Source of the DNA: Octopus vulgaris | Lineage: Eukaryota | Reading direction: 5' to 3' | Assembly: GCA_951406725.2 (NCBI GenBank) | Contig: OX597826.1 | Span: 7,254,001 to 7,318,000, forward strand | Length of the DNA stretch: 64,000 nt | Shown here: positions 43,422 through 56,249 of the stretch, piece after piece | Numbering within the stretch: position 1 is the stretch's first letter | How the letters are laid out: each line of letters opens with the position of its first letter | The notes under the pieces: generated by a model | What the model saw: the letters and a program-made list of their open reading frames with translations, nothing else | Told to the model about the DNA's origin: nothing | The model's database searches: none | Made by a program: the position numbers and the translations under genes

Positions 43422-43769
43422 GTAAGGAAACTCAACGCACTATGCCATATCACATGATTCTTAATCAACTCACTCACACAAAGAATTCATATTAAATATT
43501 AGGACTTCTACTACCTGCTACCTGCTATCAAGACCTCGCATAAATAAAAATGAGTGACAGAATCATGGAGAAAAAATGAAAATGTCCCTTGCATTTAAAA
43601 CAATAGAAATATTTTTAAAAATACATTTCATTTAATTTTTCCACAATTCGATTGTTTTTCATGCTTTACTCTTAAGTTGAAAAAGTCGCAAAGGCTGAAA
43701 CCGGTACAAAAATCTTCTTCATGATAAAATTACTATAGCATTTTCTACCTTGTCTTATTTTGCTTTTAA

Positions 43770-43862
<93 letters not shown>

Positions 43863-44081
43863 TGTGTGTGTGTATGTGCTTGAAAGTCTATGAGCATTTA
43901 AAAAAAAAAACTATTTTTTACTGCTATAGAATATTCTATCAGTATGTTACTATCTTTTTGGGGAAGAAGTTTTTATACTCACACACGCACACACACAAAC
44001 ACACACACACATACATATATATGCACATAAATATTGTACCTATATACAATTACTAATATATTTTATCTATTTCTCTTTCAG

Positions 44082-44143
44082 ACTCACCAACAAACGATAG
44101 TGTTAGCACCGATACTGGTCTTGGTGATGACGAGTGTCAATAA
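44082..44143 (+). CDS. Coding exon 6 (DSPTNDSVSTDTGLGDDECQ*). The exon continues as UTR to 44156.
   Basis: Acceptor ttttatctatttctctttcAG. TAA at 44141-44143. Donor AAG|GTAAGT at 44157, 13 nt after the stop. Confidence 0.78.
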
Positions 44144-44281
44144 ACATCACTGAAAGGTAAGTTGTAATATATTGTCAAAGGTTTAACATTACGGCAAATA
44201 ATATCGCTTTCTCTTAATGTTGTGTGTTGTGGTGCTGGTGGTGTGTATGTGTGTATAAAGAGAGATAGTTTTATATATATG

Positions 44282-44372
<91 letters not shown>

Positions 44373-44438
44373 GAATAGATAGACAGATAGATAGTTAGAT
44401 AAATAGATAGATAGATAGATGGATAGATATATAGATAT

Positions 44439-44477
<39 letters not shown>

Positions 44478-44564
44478 CATAGATGGAGAGATATATGGCT
44501 ATAGACATAGATGTATAACATGTATATATATATGTATATACAAACACACACACACACACAAATA

Positions 44565-44602
<38 letters not shown>

Positions 44603-45192
44603 ACATGCACACATATATCTATCCATAGATATACGTTGGCATATATGTGTATATATATATATATATATATAATGTGTGTGTATGCGTTTGTGTGTTTGGA
44701 TTTGTGAGCAAGTTTATATGTGTACGTTAAGAATTATTTTTATTTTGGAAATCCTTATGACTTCCCATCCTCCATATATCGATCACTTAATATTTGTTTA
44801 ATAAATCTTCGTATCCAAATACATTTCCCGAAATAAATTTCCCATATTCGCTGTATTCTTTTGCGTAATTTCCACATTTGTATTGGTGTGAAATTTCTGG
44901 GTTTCACTTTGTTTTAATTTAATTTAATTACGGATGCTTAGTGTTCTTACATAGAAGAAATGCCACGCATTCCGGCCCTTTATACATATCGTCTTAATTA
45001 ATATTTAATAATCAACAACCTTCCCAATATATACACAGCAGGCAGACATATAGTGCTTGCCTCCTATATTTGCGAAACAGTGAGCGTATTAGAGAGTGAG
45101 AACAGTGGCATAGGTAAGTCGTAATTAGACACTTTTGCAATTTTAAATTTACGAAGTAATGTATCGTATTCGAATTGTTTTGATCTCTTGAG

Positions 45193-45250
<58 letters not shown>

Positions 45251-45415
45251 CACTGCGTTGCTGTGTTTTTTTCTCTTTTTTTCTGTGTTTTCTTGTTTGC
45301 ATTAACTATATATATATATGTATATATATATATATGTGTGTGTGTGTATGTATGTATAGGCATACATACATCTCTACGTATAAACTTGGTATATTTTTAT
45401 CGTCTTTGTTTTCAG

Positions 45416-45750
45416 ATGTTTGAAGCCATTTGACCGAGATGAGATTTGAATAATGTATATAAATTGCCATAACTATACAGTGCAAAGAATTCCTCAGACG
45501 CTCCACCGATTAAGAGAATTCAACGGCATTAAAGTTCTGTCGAAGAACACTAATATGAATTTTCCGGCGTTAGGTACAAGATATGATAAATCACCCGCCT
45601 CAATCTCTACCTTTTACGTTCAAGTTAAAAGCGCAATTTCGCAAATATATACATAAACAAACAAAACAGGTGAACAACAATAATAAAATAGGAATTCAAT
45701 TGTGAAATATTTATGGTCATCATTCTGAATAAAATAATTTTAAAAAATGA
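45416..45750 (+). other. Probable terminal 3'UTR exon of the 158-aa gene
   Basis: Acceptor tttttatcgtctttgttttcAG at 45414-45415, unique sequence, AATAAA at 45682 and 45728. The end coordinate is approximate. Confidence 0.5.
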
Positions 45751-45907
45751 TTGTTGATTACACTCGTTTATGCATTAGATTCTTTTGAGAACGACTCTCT
45801 AATAAATACGATAAACCTATGTTTAGTGCATCTCACTCTCCCTCTTTATTTCCTCCTCCTCCTCCTCCTCCTCCTCTCTCTCTCTCTCTATCTATCTCTC
45901 TCTCTAC

Positions 45908-45968
<61 letters not shown>

Positions 45969-46497
45969 CGACGCATCTGAAAGTATTAGAAACAAGCACT
46001 TTCCTCTCTGGTCAATCTCTCATCAACTTCTTCAAGTATCACTTGAAAAGGAAAGTGAGAGTAGAGAGGCAAGTTTTGTCTAGCGAATATTTCAAAAAAA
46101 GAGCGGTGAATGTAGCAAGGATAGCACGTATGAATGACGAAGCCACCTTGAGCATAATCCTATGACTATGAACCCGGACAAATTTAAAGCAGACAGTTAC
46201 TTACTTGTAAATAAATGTGCTAACATGTGACATTATTGACCGAGGTTACCGTGGTCTTTTCCGTAGGTTTTTCTTTCCACGGATAAACCTTATCTGGTTC
46301 CCCCTTTAACTTTACATCATGCCATTTCTGTGATACACGATCCCTATTGATCATTTTCTTTTTACGATCCCTTTTGATCAAAACCTACCCCCTTTTTCTT
46401 CTTTTTTCTTTTTCTTTTTTTCCTCCCCAAAAAGAAAAGCTCTACTTTGTAATTTGTCCCCTCTGTGTTCAGCCCTGTGTGGCTAGTGAAGAAACAT
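45969..46497 (+). mobile_element. 5'-truncated Tx1/L1-like LINE: ORF2 C-terminus plus 3'UTR, inserted in (TATC)n
   Basis: Open frame 45971-46165 (THLKVL..LINFFKYHLKRKVRVERQVLSSEYFKKR..LSIIL*), pyrimidine-rich UTR, and TATC repeats on both sides. Clade assignment is from recalled family resemblance. Confidence 0.6.
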
Positions 46498-48545
46498 ATC
46501 TATCTATCCATCTCGATATACATAAAGTTTTACTTGCTTCAGTCATTAGACTGCAGATATGGTGGAACACTGCCTTTAATAGTTTTAAACAAACGCATCA
46601 ACTGTAGTATTTATTTTTTAAAAGTCTGGTGCTTATACAATCTGTCTCTTTTGCCGAACAGCAAAGTTACAGGGACGTAAACACACCAACACCGGTTGCA
46701 AAAACGTGGAGGGGATAATTATGGATACAAAGCCACACACACACACATGGATGCATTTTTACGATGAGTATCTTTCTGCTTCTCTCAACCAGATCCATTC
46801 AAGTCATTGGTAGAATCTTTAGTAGAAGACACAGTCTGAAGGAGCCACACGATGGGACTGAACTCCGAATCATGTGGCTGAGAAGCAAACTCACCGCCAC
46901 TGGCGCTTGCACCTCAGAAACTTTGGTCGACAAGAGGTTATAGAAGAAGATACTTGTCCAAGGTGTCACGCACTGGGGACTTATCTCGCAAGCATATGGT
47001 AAGCAAGTGATGTGTGTGTGTGTGTCTGCGTGCGTGCGTGTGTGTGTGTGTTAATGAACGTAATTATACATAAACCGACTTTACGCAAGCACTTGCAGAC
47101 ACACATACAGACACACATACCCGCACGTATGTCTTTATGCGATCCTGTAAGTTTCCTTGTAGTTGCTCAATACAGCAAGGATTATCTGAGTATTTTGACA
47201 AGTCGTGTCAATCCTATGTTACAGACATCTATCCCGATGTTTGCGCTATCTTCTAGGAAGATAATGTACCGATTTAGAGGGCTGAAGATTTTCAAATTTA
47301 ATATAAATAGTCATATAGGTGAAGTAGTCTGCTTGGAATGTTGCCTTGACACATCCCAATGCATTCGTAATTAAATGGTCTACTTTCGCACTGTAATTGA
47401 GGAACAGCTTCCCTCCGTCATCACCTAGGAAAGAGACACAGCAGGTTTTTCGTTAAAACGGGCCAAAATTACCCTTGCAAAATTCTGAAAAACTGTACGA
47501 GTCAATTTCTCGACCAGTTTAAGCTGCAATTGGTGTCAAATCTGTAGTAAATAATAGAACTTCCATTTTGCAAGGTTTCAATAACTGCGATAAACCGGCG
47601 TTGCATTTTGGTCAATGCTTTGTCTATATCTTCATGTCATCTTAAACCTTTGAACAGTGAGAAATTACTTGGAAGCCCCTCGGGTGCACTGAGCTAGTAT
47701 TTCTAACGGACAGTCTTGTCACTTAATGTTGAACGCCAGTTCTACCCGAGAATTGTGAGAAGGAAACATGTGACTCTGGAGTGATTAAAGACTTAGTGTA
47801 ATTCAATGAGTAAGCATTTGAGTTCATCTAACACCTAAACACACATCATTGATACTGACGGAGGACCCGCTTATTTATGTATGCATACTTATTTCTCTGA
47901 AGCCTTGTATGAAATCTCTAACTGAAAGAACATTACTATACTTAATTTAAGTTCAGAATGGTTTTATTTTATTTCATGTGGTTAGGCATAATTTTTCCTT
48001 GTATTTCTGCTTTTATTTAATTAATATGTTGGTACATGCATTTTATTAATAGTCCTCTTGCATCAGGTATAATTGTGGATTCGAAGTGAGAAACTTTCCT
48101 CGAGAATATAGCATGTATTTTTTTAGTATTATCATTATTATTATCTCGGAATATTGGCTGCGCGTTTGGTCTGCATGCACGTGTGATGCAGTCCGTTATA
48201 TATGCGAGAGTTTGCGGATGTTGGCATGTGTAAAAATCTCACCTCTTTAAAATACTACGATTATAATGCTAAATTTTGATCTTGGTCGGAAAATTCTTTA
48301 CAGGGTTTGATTTTTCAGAATTGGTTCGGTTGCCTCATTACAAGCAGAAACGAAAATCTAATGACAGCTATTACCATCTGCCCTTCTGCTATATAACGTG
48401 GAAAAGAAAGAAAGAAGAAAAAAAAACAAGAAAACCTTATCATGCCGTAATATCCTACTGCCGTGATTGAAAACTATAATAAACACACTTTCTATTCTCT
48501 CTTACTACCATTCATTATTACTTTCCATCATATTATCATTATTGC

Positions 48546-48609
<64 letters not shown>

Positions 48610-48835
48610 GGTATTTATTTCTGTTCTTTAGTTTTACTTTTGTTCCTAAGCATTGATTATTTCGGTTATTGTTGTTCTTATTCATGTTTAATGCAACATT
48701 TTTGAAAGCTAAAACGATAGGAGTAAAAAGATGATATCAATTTTAATAATGCATCGCGTTGAATAGATAACCAGCTTACGGTGAATTCCGTTCTTTAAAA
48801 TGTATTTAGCTCCATTGATTTTTTTTTCACAATAT

Positions 48836-48891
<56 letters not shown>

Positions 48892-49117
48892 ACTACCACC
48901 ACCATCATCATCATTATCATTACTGTTCTTCTTATTTTCATCGTTGTTGTTTATTCCTCATATGGTTATTATTTTTGAATAGATTGTTTTGATTCTAAAG
49001 TGTACGGGTTTGTTATTTTCTATCAAGATAATTTTTGAACAGTTTTCCTAACAAATACTACAGGTAAATTTACTGGTCACACTGTAATATCTTTTCACAA
49101 GATGCTGCCATTGTATA

Positions 49118-49155
<38 letters not shown>

Positions 49156-49565
49156 TATGTATGCACATACAGGTATGTACGTATATATGTGTAAACGTAG
49201 TTTTAGTTGGATATTTCACTCTTAACATTTGGCATTTTCAATTGTTCTTTTACTTTATTTATCAGTATGTGTGCGAGTTTGTGTGTGTATGTATGTATGT
49301 ATGTATGTATGTATGTATGTATGTATGTGGGGGTTGTGCGCGCTTGTGTGTGTGTGCGTGTGTTTGTATGCGTGCATGTGTGCGTATGGAGCGTGAATCT
49401 GGCTATCAAGTGGATAACGGTGTTCAAAGCGTTGCTCTGCGGCGGAACAGTCCACTGAACTCTCAGTGTCGGGTTCGGCCCACGACGTAACGTATTATCA
49501 ACTGTCTTTCATAGATAATCATTTCCTTAAAAATGGTAATTGGTAGAGGGAAAGTGAGTCGGAGG

Positions 49566-50110
<545 letters not shown>

Positions 50111-51476
50111 CAGGCATGCATACTTATGGACAACAAGCTCATGGATGTGTGTGTTTAAATATCGGCTTCAAATATTGGCACAAGGCCAGCAAATTCCGGC
50201 AAAGGAGTAAGTCGATGACGTCGACCACAATGGTGCACTGGTGTTTATTTTATCAACCCTGAAACGAAGAAAGGTCAATGTCAATCTTGGCGGAATTTGA
50301 ACTCAGAACACAAAGAGAGACGAAATAACGCTAATCATTTCGGCCGACGTGCTAACTTTTCTGCCAGTTTCTCAAAATTATGTGTGCTTAAATATCGATA
50401 TTTTTGTTTACATTGACACAATTTAAAAACCATTGCGCAAACAGACAACTGCGCATTCCGAAAATGATTTTCAATAACTTCGCCGATTTCACGTGACCTG
50501 CAACAACTATGATTTTATGAATTGTAACATAGTAGAGAATTCCTCCGTTCATTAACCATTTTGCGGGCAGTTCACCACTGCACCCGCTTGTCAAATGACC
50601 TCTAATATTTTCTATACCTTTTCCTCGTTTCATATCCGTCACCTTGCGAATGCAAGTAAAGTACGAGAATACTAACTGGCGCTTTTATATAACAAAATCA
50701 ACGCTTCTAGTGGTGTTCCTTCTATGTACCTCAGCTACTGCACCCTAAATCTTACTCCAAACTTCGATTTCGGACACGAGTCCTTTCCATCTTCACATCA
50801 ATAACTTGTATTTCATCTAACAACACACACTCATACACAGATGACCGTACTCTTTATTTATTGGTAATCTTCCCCATACATACAACAGCAACTCACAATT
50901 GATACTCCATTCGTCTTAAACTCATTGATACTTCGAAAATTGGGTTGTCTTATTCTTTTTACCCTCTAGAAATAATCGCGAAACAGATGTGACTTTCCAG
51001 CGTTGATAATGATTTTGATAACACTGTCTCTAATTCAGGTGAATTGTCTACCAAATCCAAGAGGAGATCTTTCGATTTTGAAGAGTAGAAAGCCATGATA
51101 ACGACAGTGTGTGAAATTGCTTGTGGTTTTATTCTCGATATCCCTAAAGAAGTTGATTACAGCGGTGATGTGATCCCATGGGATCAATATTATAACCCGC
51201 TGGTAATTGAGTTGATGTCATCGAGTACATGCTTACTTACAATGCTTATCTCGTTCTTTGTGCTGGTTGATTAGCCTACATATAGGATTGGAAAGGATGT
51301 CGGATAATATGTGAAAGCTTCCGAAATCAATACAGCTCAAGTTCTCAACATCATGTCACCAGTATTTGACAATCTATAACCGAACAGTTTCAGTTCTCTT
51401 AAGATTTTCGCTTAACTCCCTTCGCTGTGCACTATCATTTTCTGTCTCATAGTTGTGTTTAAAAGCAAAATATATA

Positions 51477-51857
51477 TGGAAGCACTCCGTCGGTTACGAC
51501 GATGAGGGTTCCGGTTGTTCCGACCAACGGAAGAGCCTGCTCGTGAAATTAACGTGTAAATGGCTGAGCACTCCACAGACAGGTGCACCCTTAACGTAGT
51601 TCTCGGGGATATTCAGCGTGACACAGAGAGTGACAAGGCCGGCCCTTTGAAATACAGGTACAACAGAAACAGGAAGTAAGAGTGAGAGAAAGTTGTGGTG
51701 AAAGAGTACAGCAGGCATCACCACCATCGCTGCTGGAGCCTCGTGGAGCTTTAGGTGTTTTCGTTCAATAAACACTCACAACGCCCGGTCTGGGAATCGA
51801 AACCGCGATCCTACGACCGCGAGTCCGCTGCCCTAACCACTGGGCCATTGCGCCTCC
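51477..51857 (-). mobile_element. Full-length tRNA-derived SINE (third family) with a 12-bp TSD
   Basis: Head ggaggcgcaatggcccagtggttagggcagcggactcg..ggtttcgattccc. ttaaaagcaaaa duplicated at 51459-51470 and 51858-51869. Confidence 0.85.
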
Positions 51858-53296
51858 TTAAAAGCAAAAATATCTTACTTATAACAAAGGCGGTGAACTG
51901 GCCATTTGTTAGCACTTTGGACAAAATATTTAGCGGCATTTCGTCTGTTAATACGTTCGAAGTTCAAATTCCGCCAAGTTCGGCTTTACCTTGCATCATT
52001 TCAGGGTGGATAAAATAAATACCAGTTGAAGACTGGGGTTGATGTAATTGACTTAACCCCTTCCCTGAAAATTGCTGGCCTTCAGTAAATATTTTAAACC
52101 AATAAAACCAAAATCTCACTAAAACCAGATCGTAGTCATTTTGAAAAATAATAATCTGCTCGTAAAAATATAAAGAATCGCTAAACAAATAAATACACAA
52201 ATAGTTATGCATAAATATACATCGGTGGAACTGTTGTCACAAAGTATACTCGTATTCTTTGTGAGCTGTGAATATTACGGCAAGTTCTTCTACGTCTAAG
52301 AATATTCCTTAAAAGAATATTCCTTCTTGTTAGTAACTGAACGCGGAACGTTGGTAAGCAAGCTACTTACCGCACAGCCACTCCTGCGCCTGAAATAAAT
52401 AAGGTGGCTAGACGCAAATTAACGCCAAAAGGGAAATAATTCTCCGCCACTAAAATTGACCAATGGTGGTCAATGGTGGCACCAGCATTGCTAGAAACGA
52501 GAGTCATAGACTCTTTAGTCACAGAAAGCCTATTTTTCTATGCGACGGATGCCGCGCAATGGGACTGAACCTGAAACACTGTAGGAGTGAAGCAAGTTTT
52601 CTCACCAACCCCAAACAATTATGGAACTTTCTGGACTTTTGAAACTTGGAAAACTTACTAATTTATAAAACTAGAAAGCAAATTAGCGCAATCTCGAGTG
52701 AGTAATATTATATTGTAGTCGACATAAAACAACTTAAGCGGGCATTAACGTTATTTTCATATTCATAATCTATTATTGCAGACTTGTTTCATCATGTTAA
52801 AGATTTTATGATAATGAGATAGACAGCGGATGGAGTTTATTGAAAAAATTGGCAACAATAAAATATATAGTAAACATAACTCCGCGTTGTTTACTGCTTC
52901 TCTCTTACTTCCACTCTCTCCCTCACTTTCCAGAGATTCTTTCGCTTCCTCTCTCTTGCTTTTTTACCCTTTCCTCTCACTTGTCTGTCTGTCTCTCTGT
53001 CTGTCTCTGTCTATCTCTCTTTCTCTGAGAATCATTACTTATACCGCCGTACAATCACTTCGTGTCTCTGTCTCTCTGTTATTGTCTTACCGACAGATGA
53101 AAATAGCAAGAACTTTCGCTAACTTTGCAGAATTCACCTCAGAACTTTTATTTTTAAGCCTCGTATTAACTTCCTCGCTATCTTTTGCAAAACCGCAAGT
53201 CTACGGGGCTATAAACAAAGGATTACTGGTTGTCAGGCAGTGGAGGAAAAAAGAGCAAACACAAAATATCTTAATCATTATATATATGGGTAAGTA

Positions 53297-53831
53297 AGGC
53301 GGTGAGCTGGCAGAAGCGTTAGCACGCCGGGCGAAATGCATAGCGGTATTTCGTTTGCTGTTACGTTCTGAGTTCAAATTCTGCCGAGGTCGACTTTGCC
53401 TTTCATCCTTTCGGGATCGATAAATTAAGTACCACTTACGCACTGGGGTCGATATAATCGACTTAATCCGTTTGTCTGTCCTTGCTTGTCCTCTCTGTGT
53501 TCAGCCACTTGTGGGTAATAAAGAAATAGGTATTTCAGCTGTCTCTATGTTCTAAGTTCAAATTCCGCCGAGGCCGACTTTGCCTTTTACCCTTTCGGGA
53601 TCGATAAATTAAGTACCAGTTACGCACTGGGGTCGATATAATCGACTTAATACGTTTGCCTGGCCTTGCTTGTCCTCTCTGTGTTTAGCCCCTTATGGGT
53701 AGTAAAGAAATAGGTATTTCAGCTGTCTTTATGCTCTGAGTTCAAATTCCGCCGAGGTCGACTTTGCCTTACATCCATTCGGTGTCGATAAATTAAGTAT
53801 CAGTTGCGTACTGAGGTCGATTAGATCGACT
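53297..53831 (+). mobile_element. SINE with a tandemly iterated 184-bp body
   Basis: Head aaggcggtgagctggcagaa. Units start at 53346, 53530 and 53714. Conserved gaggtcgactttgcctttcatcctttcggggtcgataaa central domain. Confidence 0.85.
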
Positions 53832-54152
53832 CCTGTTAGTTAAGTGTAAAATCAGTCTGTTATATATTTCAGTTACTGCAGTGCGGTCATGCTGGGGCAA
53901 GACCTTGAAAGGTTTAACCGAACAAATAGACACCAGTGATTTTTTTGTTATTTGGTAACCGCAAGATGGCGGCGCGGCCGAAGTTCGATGGCCGATGGCA
54001 AAGAGAGATTATCACCGAGCGTTTACGTTTATAGCGAGGTATTTTCTCCCTCTTAGGCCAGCATCGTTTGGCTCAGAATGGCTAAACCCCATATTAGCGA
54101 GAAACCTAGGGTAATCCCATTAACCGGTCTCACTCATTATAATATATATATG

Positions 54153-54180
<28 letters not shown>

Positions 54181-54183
<3 letters not shown>

Positions 54184-54499
54184 TAAAAACGGTAAGATAA
54201 CAAAAGAAAGAAAGAGACCTCAATATTATGTAAATAGAGGAAATTTATCTATAAAATAATATGTTACAATTACTCAGTAGTCAAGATAATAGTATGAGTA
54301 GCCATGTTTACGTGTTTACTATGAACTTTTGATCTTAATTTATATAAGTAGCAGAATTATAACAGTAATTTCCCTTTATATAACGGTATTTTTTCATAGC
54401 GTTTTTCAGATGGCCAGATAACCGAAGAGATGGTGTTGTGGATTTCCACTTCGGCATCTGAAACACAGAGTTTTATCTTGACTATTGAGTAATTGTAAC

Positions 54500-54505
<6 letters not shown>
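54181..54505. mobile_element. Penelope-like fragment with 33-bp inverted arms and a hammerhead motif at 54416-54478
   Basis: agataa-CCGAAGA-gatg..catc(t)-GAAA-c(acaga)g-TT-ttatct. Inverted repeat 54257-54289/54473-54505. (TA)n on both sides. Confidence 0.65.
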
Positions 54506-54538
<33 letters not shown>

Positions 54539-54739
54539 TATATAATTTATGGAGATGCACTTGCATAGCAATATCGTGTTCTGATAAAACAATAAATGCA
54601 GCGGGGGAGATATTTGTAAGCCGTTAAAGAACACACAAAAGCCAATATTTTAACTTTAACATTAAAGTTTCATTTGTGTCAAAATATTTACGTCGCTTTG
54701 AAACCGCGAATTGGCCCTGCATCACATATATTTTTAATT

Positions 54740-54885
54740 CATTATTATCACAATTGTCGGACGATCGGTAACGTGAAACCCCGAATAACAGTTTGTGAAG
54801 ATTTTTTTATTTCGACTTTAATAAAAGCATATTATTTTACATTCAGCATTCGAGTACTATATTTTTACACCTTGTTTTGCATATA
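54740..54885 (+). mobile_element. Penelope-like pLTR remnant with a degenerate hammerhead (54752-54793)
   Basis: aattgt-CGGACGA-tcggtaacgt-GAAA-ccccgaa-TA-acagtt. The downstream taaaagcatattattttac..gagtact matches the 17260-17451 element. Confidence 0.5.
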
Positions 54886-54909
54886 CACACACGTGTATAC
54901 ATGCACACA

Positions 54910-54941
<32 letters not shown>

Positions 54942-55421
54942 GATATATATATATATATATACATATATACAAATTTACCTAACATGTAAACTAGTATAAG
55001 AGAAAAAATTAACCTCTCACGGTATGGATATATACACAATCAATCACCGTTATTCTTGCTTTCTATATGTTTATTAATTTATTTAGTTATTTTGTGTGAA
55101 TAGTGAAAAATCGAAAATGACATGTTGTAAAAATTTAGTGAAATTAAATTAATGATAATCTGTTGCAAAAGAGCATTTGTCATAACTTCAAGAATTTTGT
55201 TGATTTCATTGAAATTACTTCAACACCGTTTAAGGGTTTACATAATTGTTTTGTCTTCTTTTATCTTTCCTTTCAAATGCTTGGTCTATTTCTTACCTCG
55301 AAATTACAACAAAACTAGTGTGGTGTTGTGTGTCCCAACATATTTGCGGTTTTCTTAATCTCTCCCTCACTCCCAACTGTTGCGTATGTACATGTATGTG
55401 CGCGCATACACACACACACAC

Positions 55422-55459
<38 letters not shown>

Positions 55460-55681
55460 ATATGCATCCATATATATATATATATATATATACATATGCA
55501 TACATACATATCTATACACCCCTACATACACACACATATATATGCATGTGTATATATACATATTGACTTATATCCGTATAAATATATAGATACATACTTA
55601 TATAATATAACTGTATAATATATATAACAAATGTATATATATATACACCGTATATACATATATACATATAAATATATATGC

Positions 55682-55725
<44 letters not shown>

Positions 55726-56249
55726 GTGTATGTGTGTGTGTCTTTGTGTATACATAACAGACTGCAAGGACGTGTGTGTATATAAACTGCTGTAAATATT
55801 ATCTCTTGTTCGTAGCTAAACTTCCGGACCAAGTTCTGTCCCAAATTATTCCCATTAAAATCCGTTCGAAAGTATATACTTTTATTTGGTGTAGAAGTCA
55901 TCATAGTTTATGTTAGAACATATCGTTGTTTTGTATTATTTTTAAAGTGAATGTCATCAATCCATTTTTGTATTATTTTACTATACAGAAATACTCGCCA
56001 TCACACATTTACACACACGCATGCGCCTGCACGCAATGGCACAAAAAATATGAGACCTCTGGTTAAAATCAACTGCAATGTTTTTTCTAAAATGTAACAA
56101 TAATCACCACTATTTGTTCTCGAAGCTGACAGCCGGGTCAGCATTGTGAACCAAGTGCCTATTTTGTTCACCGGCCGCAATCTAATGACTGAAACATGTG
56201 CAAAAATACTAGATTTTAGCAGTTAAGTAAATAAAAATAATAATAATAC

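Noticed and set aside
51001-51273. Protein-like frame VDNDFDNT..FEE*KAMITTVCEIACGF..
   Set aside because: Internal stop, weak splice context and no family recognised.
53346-53831. Regularly spaced repeats resembling a CRISPR array
   Set aside because: The units are full 184-bp tandem copies with no unique spacers, the context is eukaryotic, and there are no cas genes.
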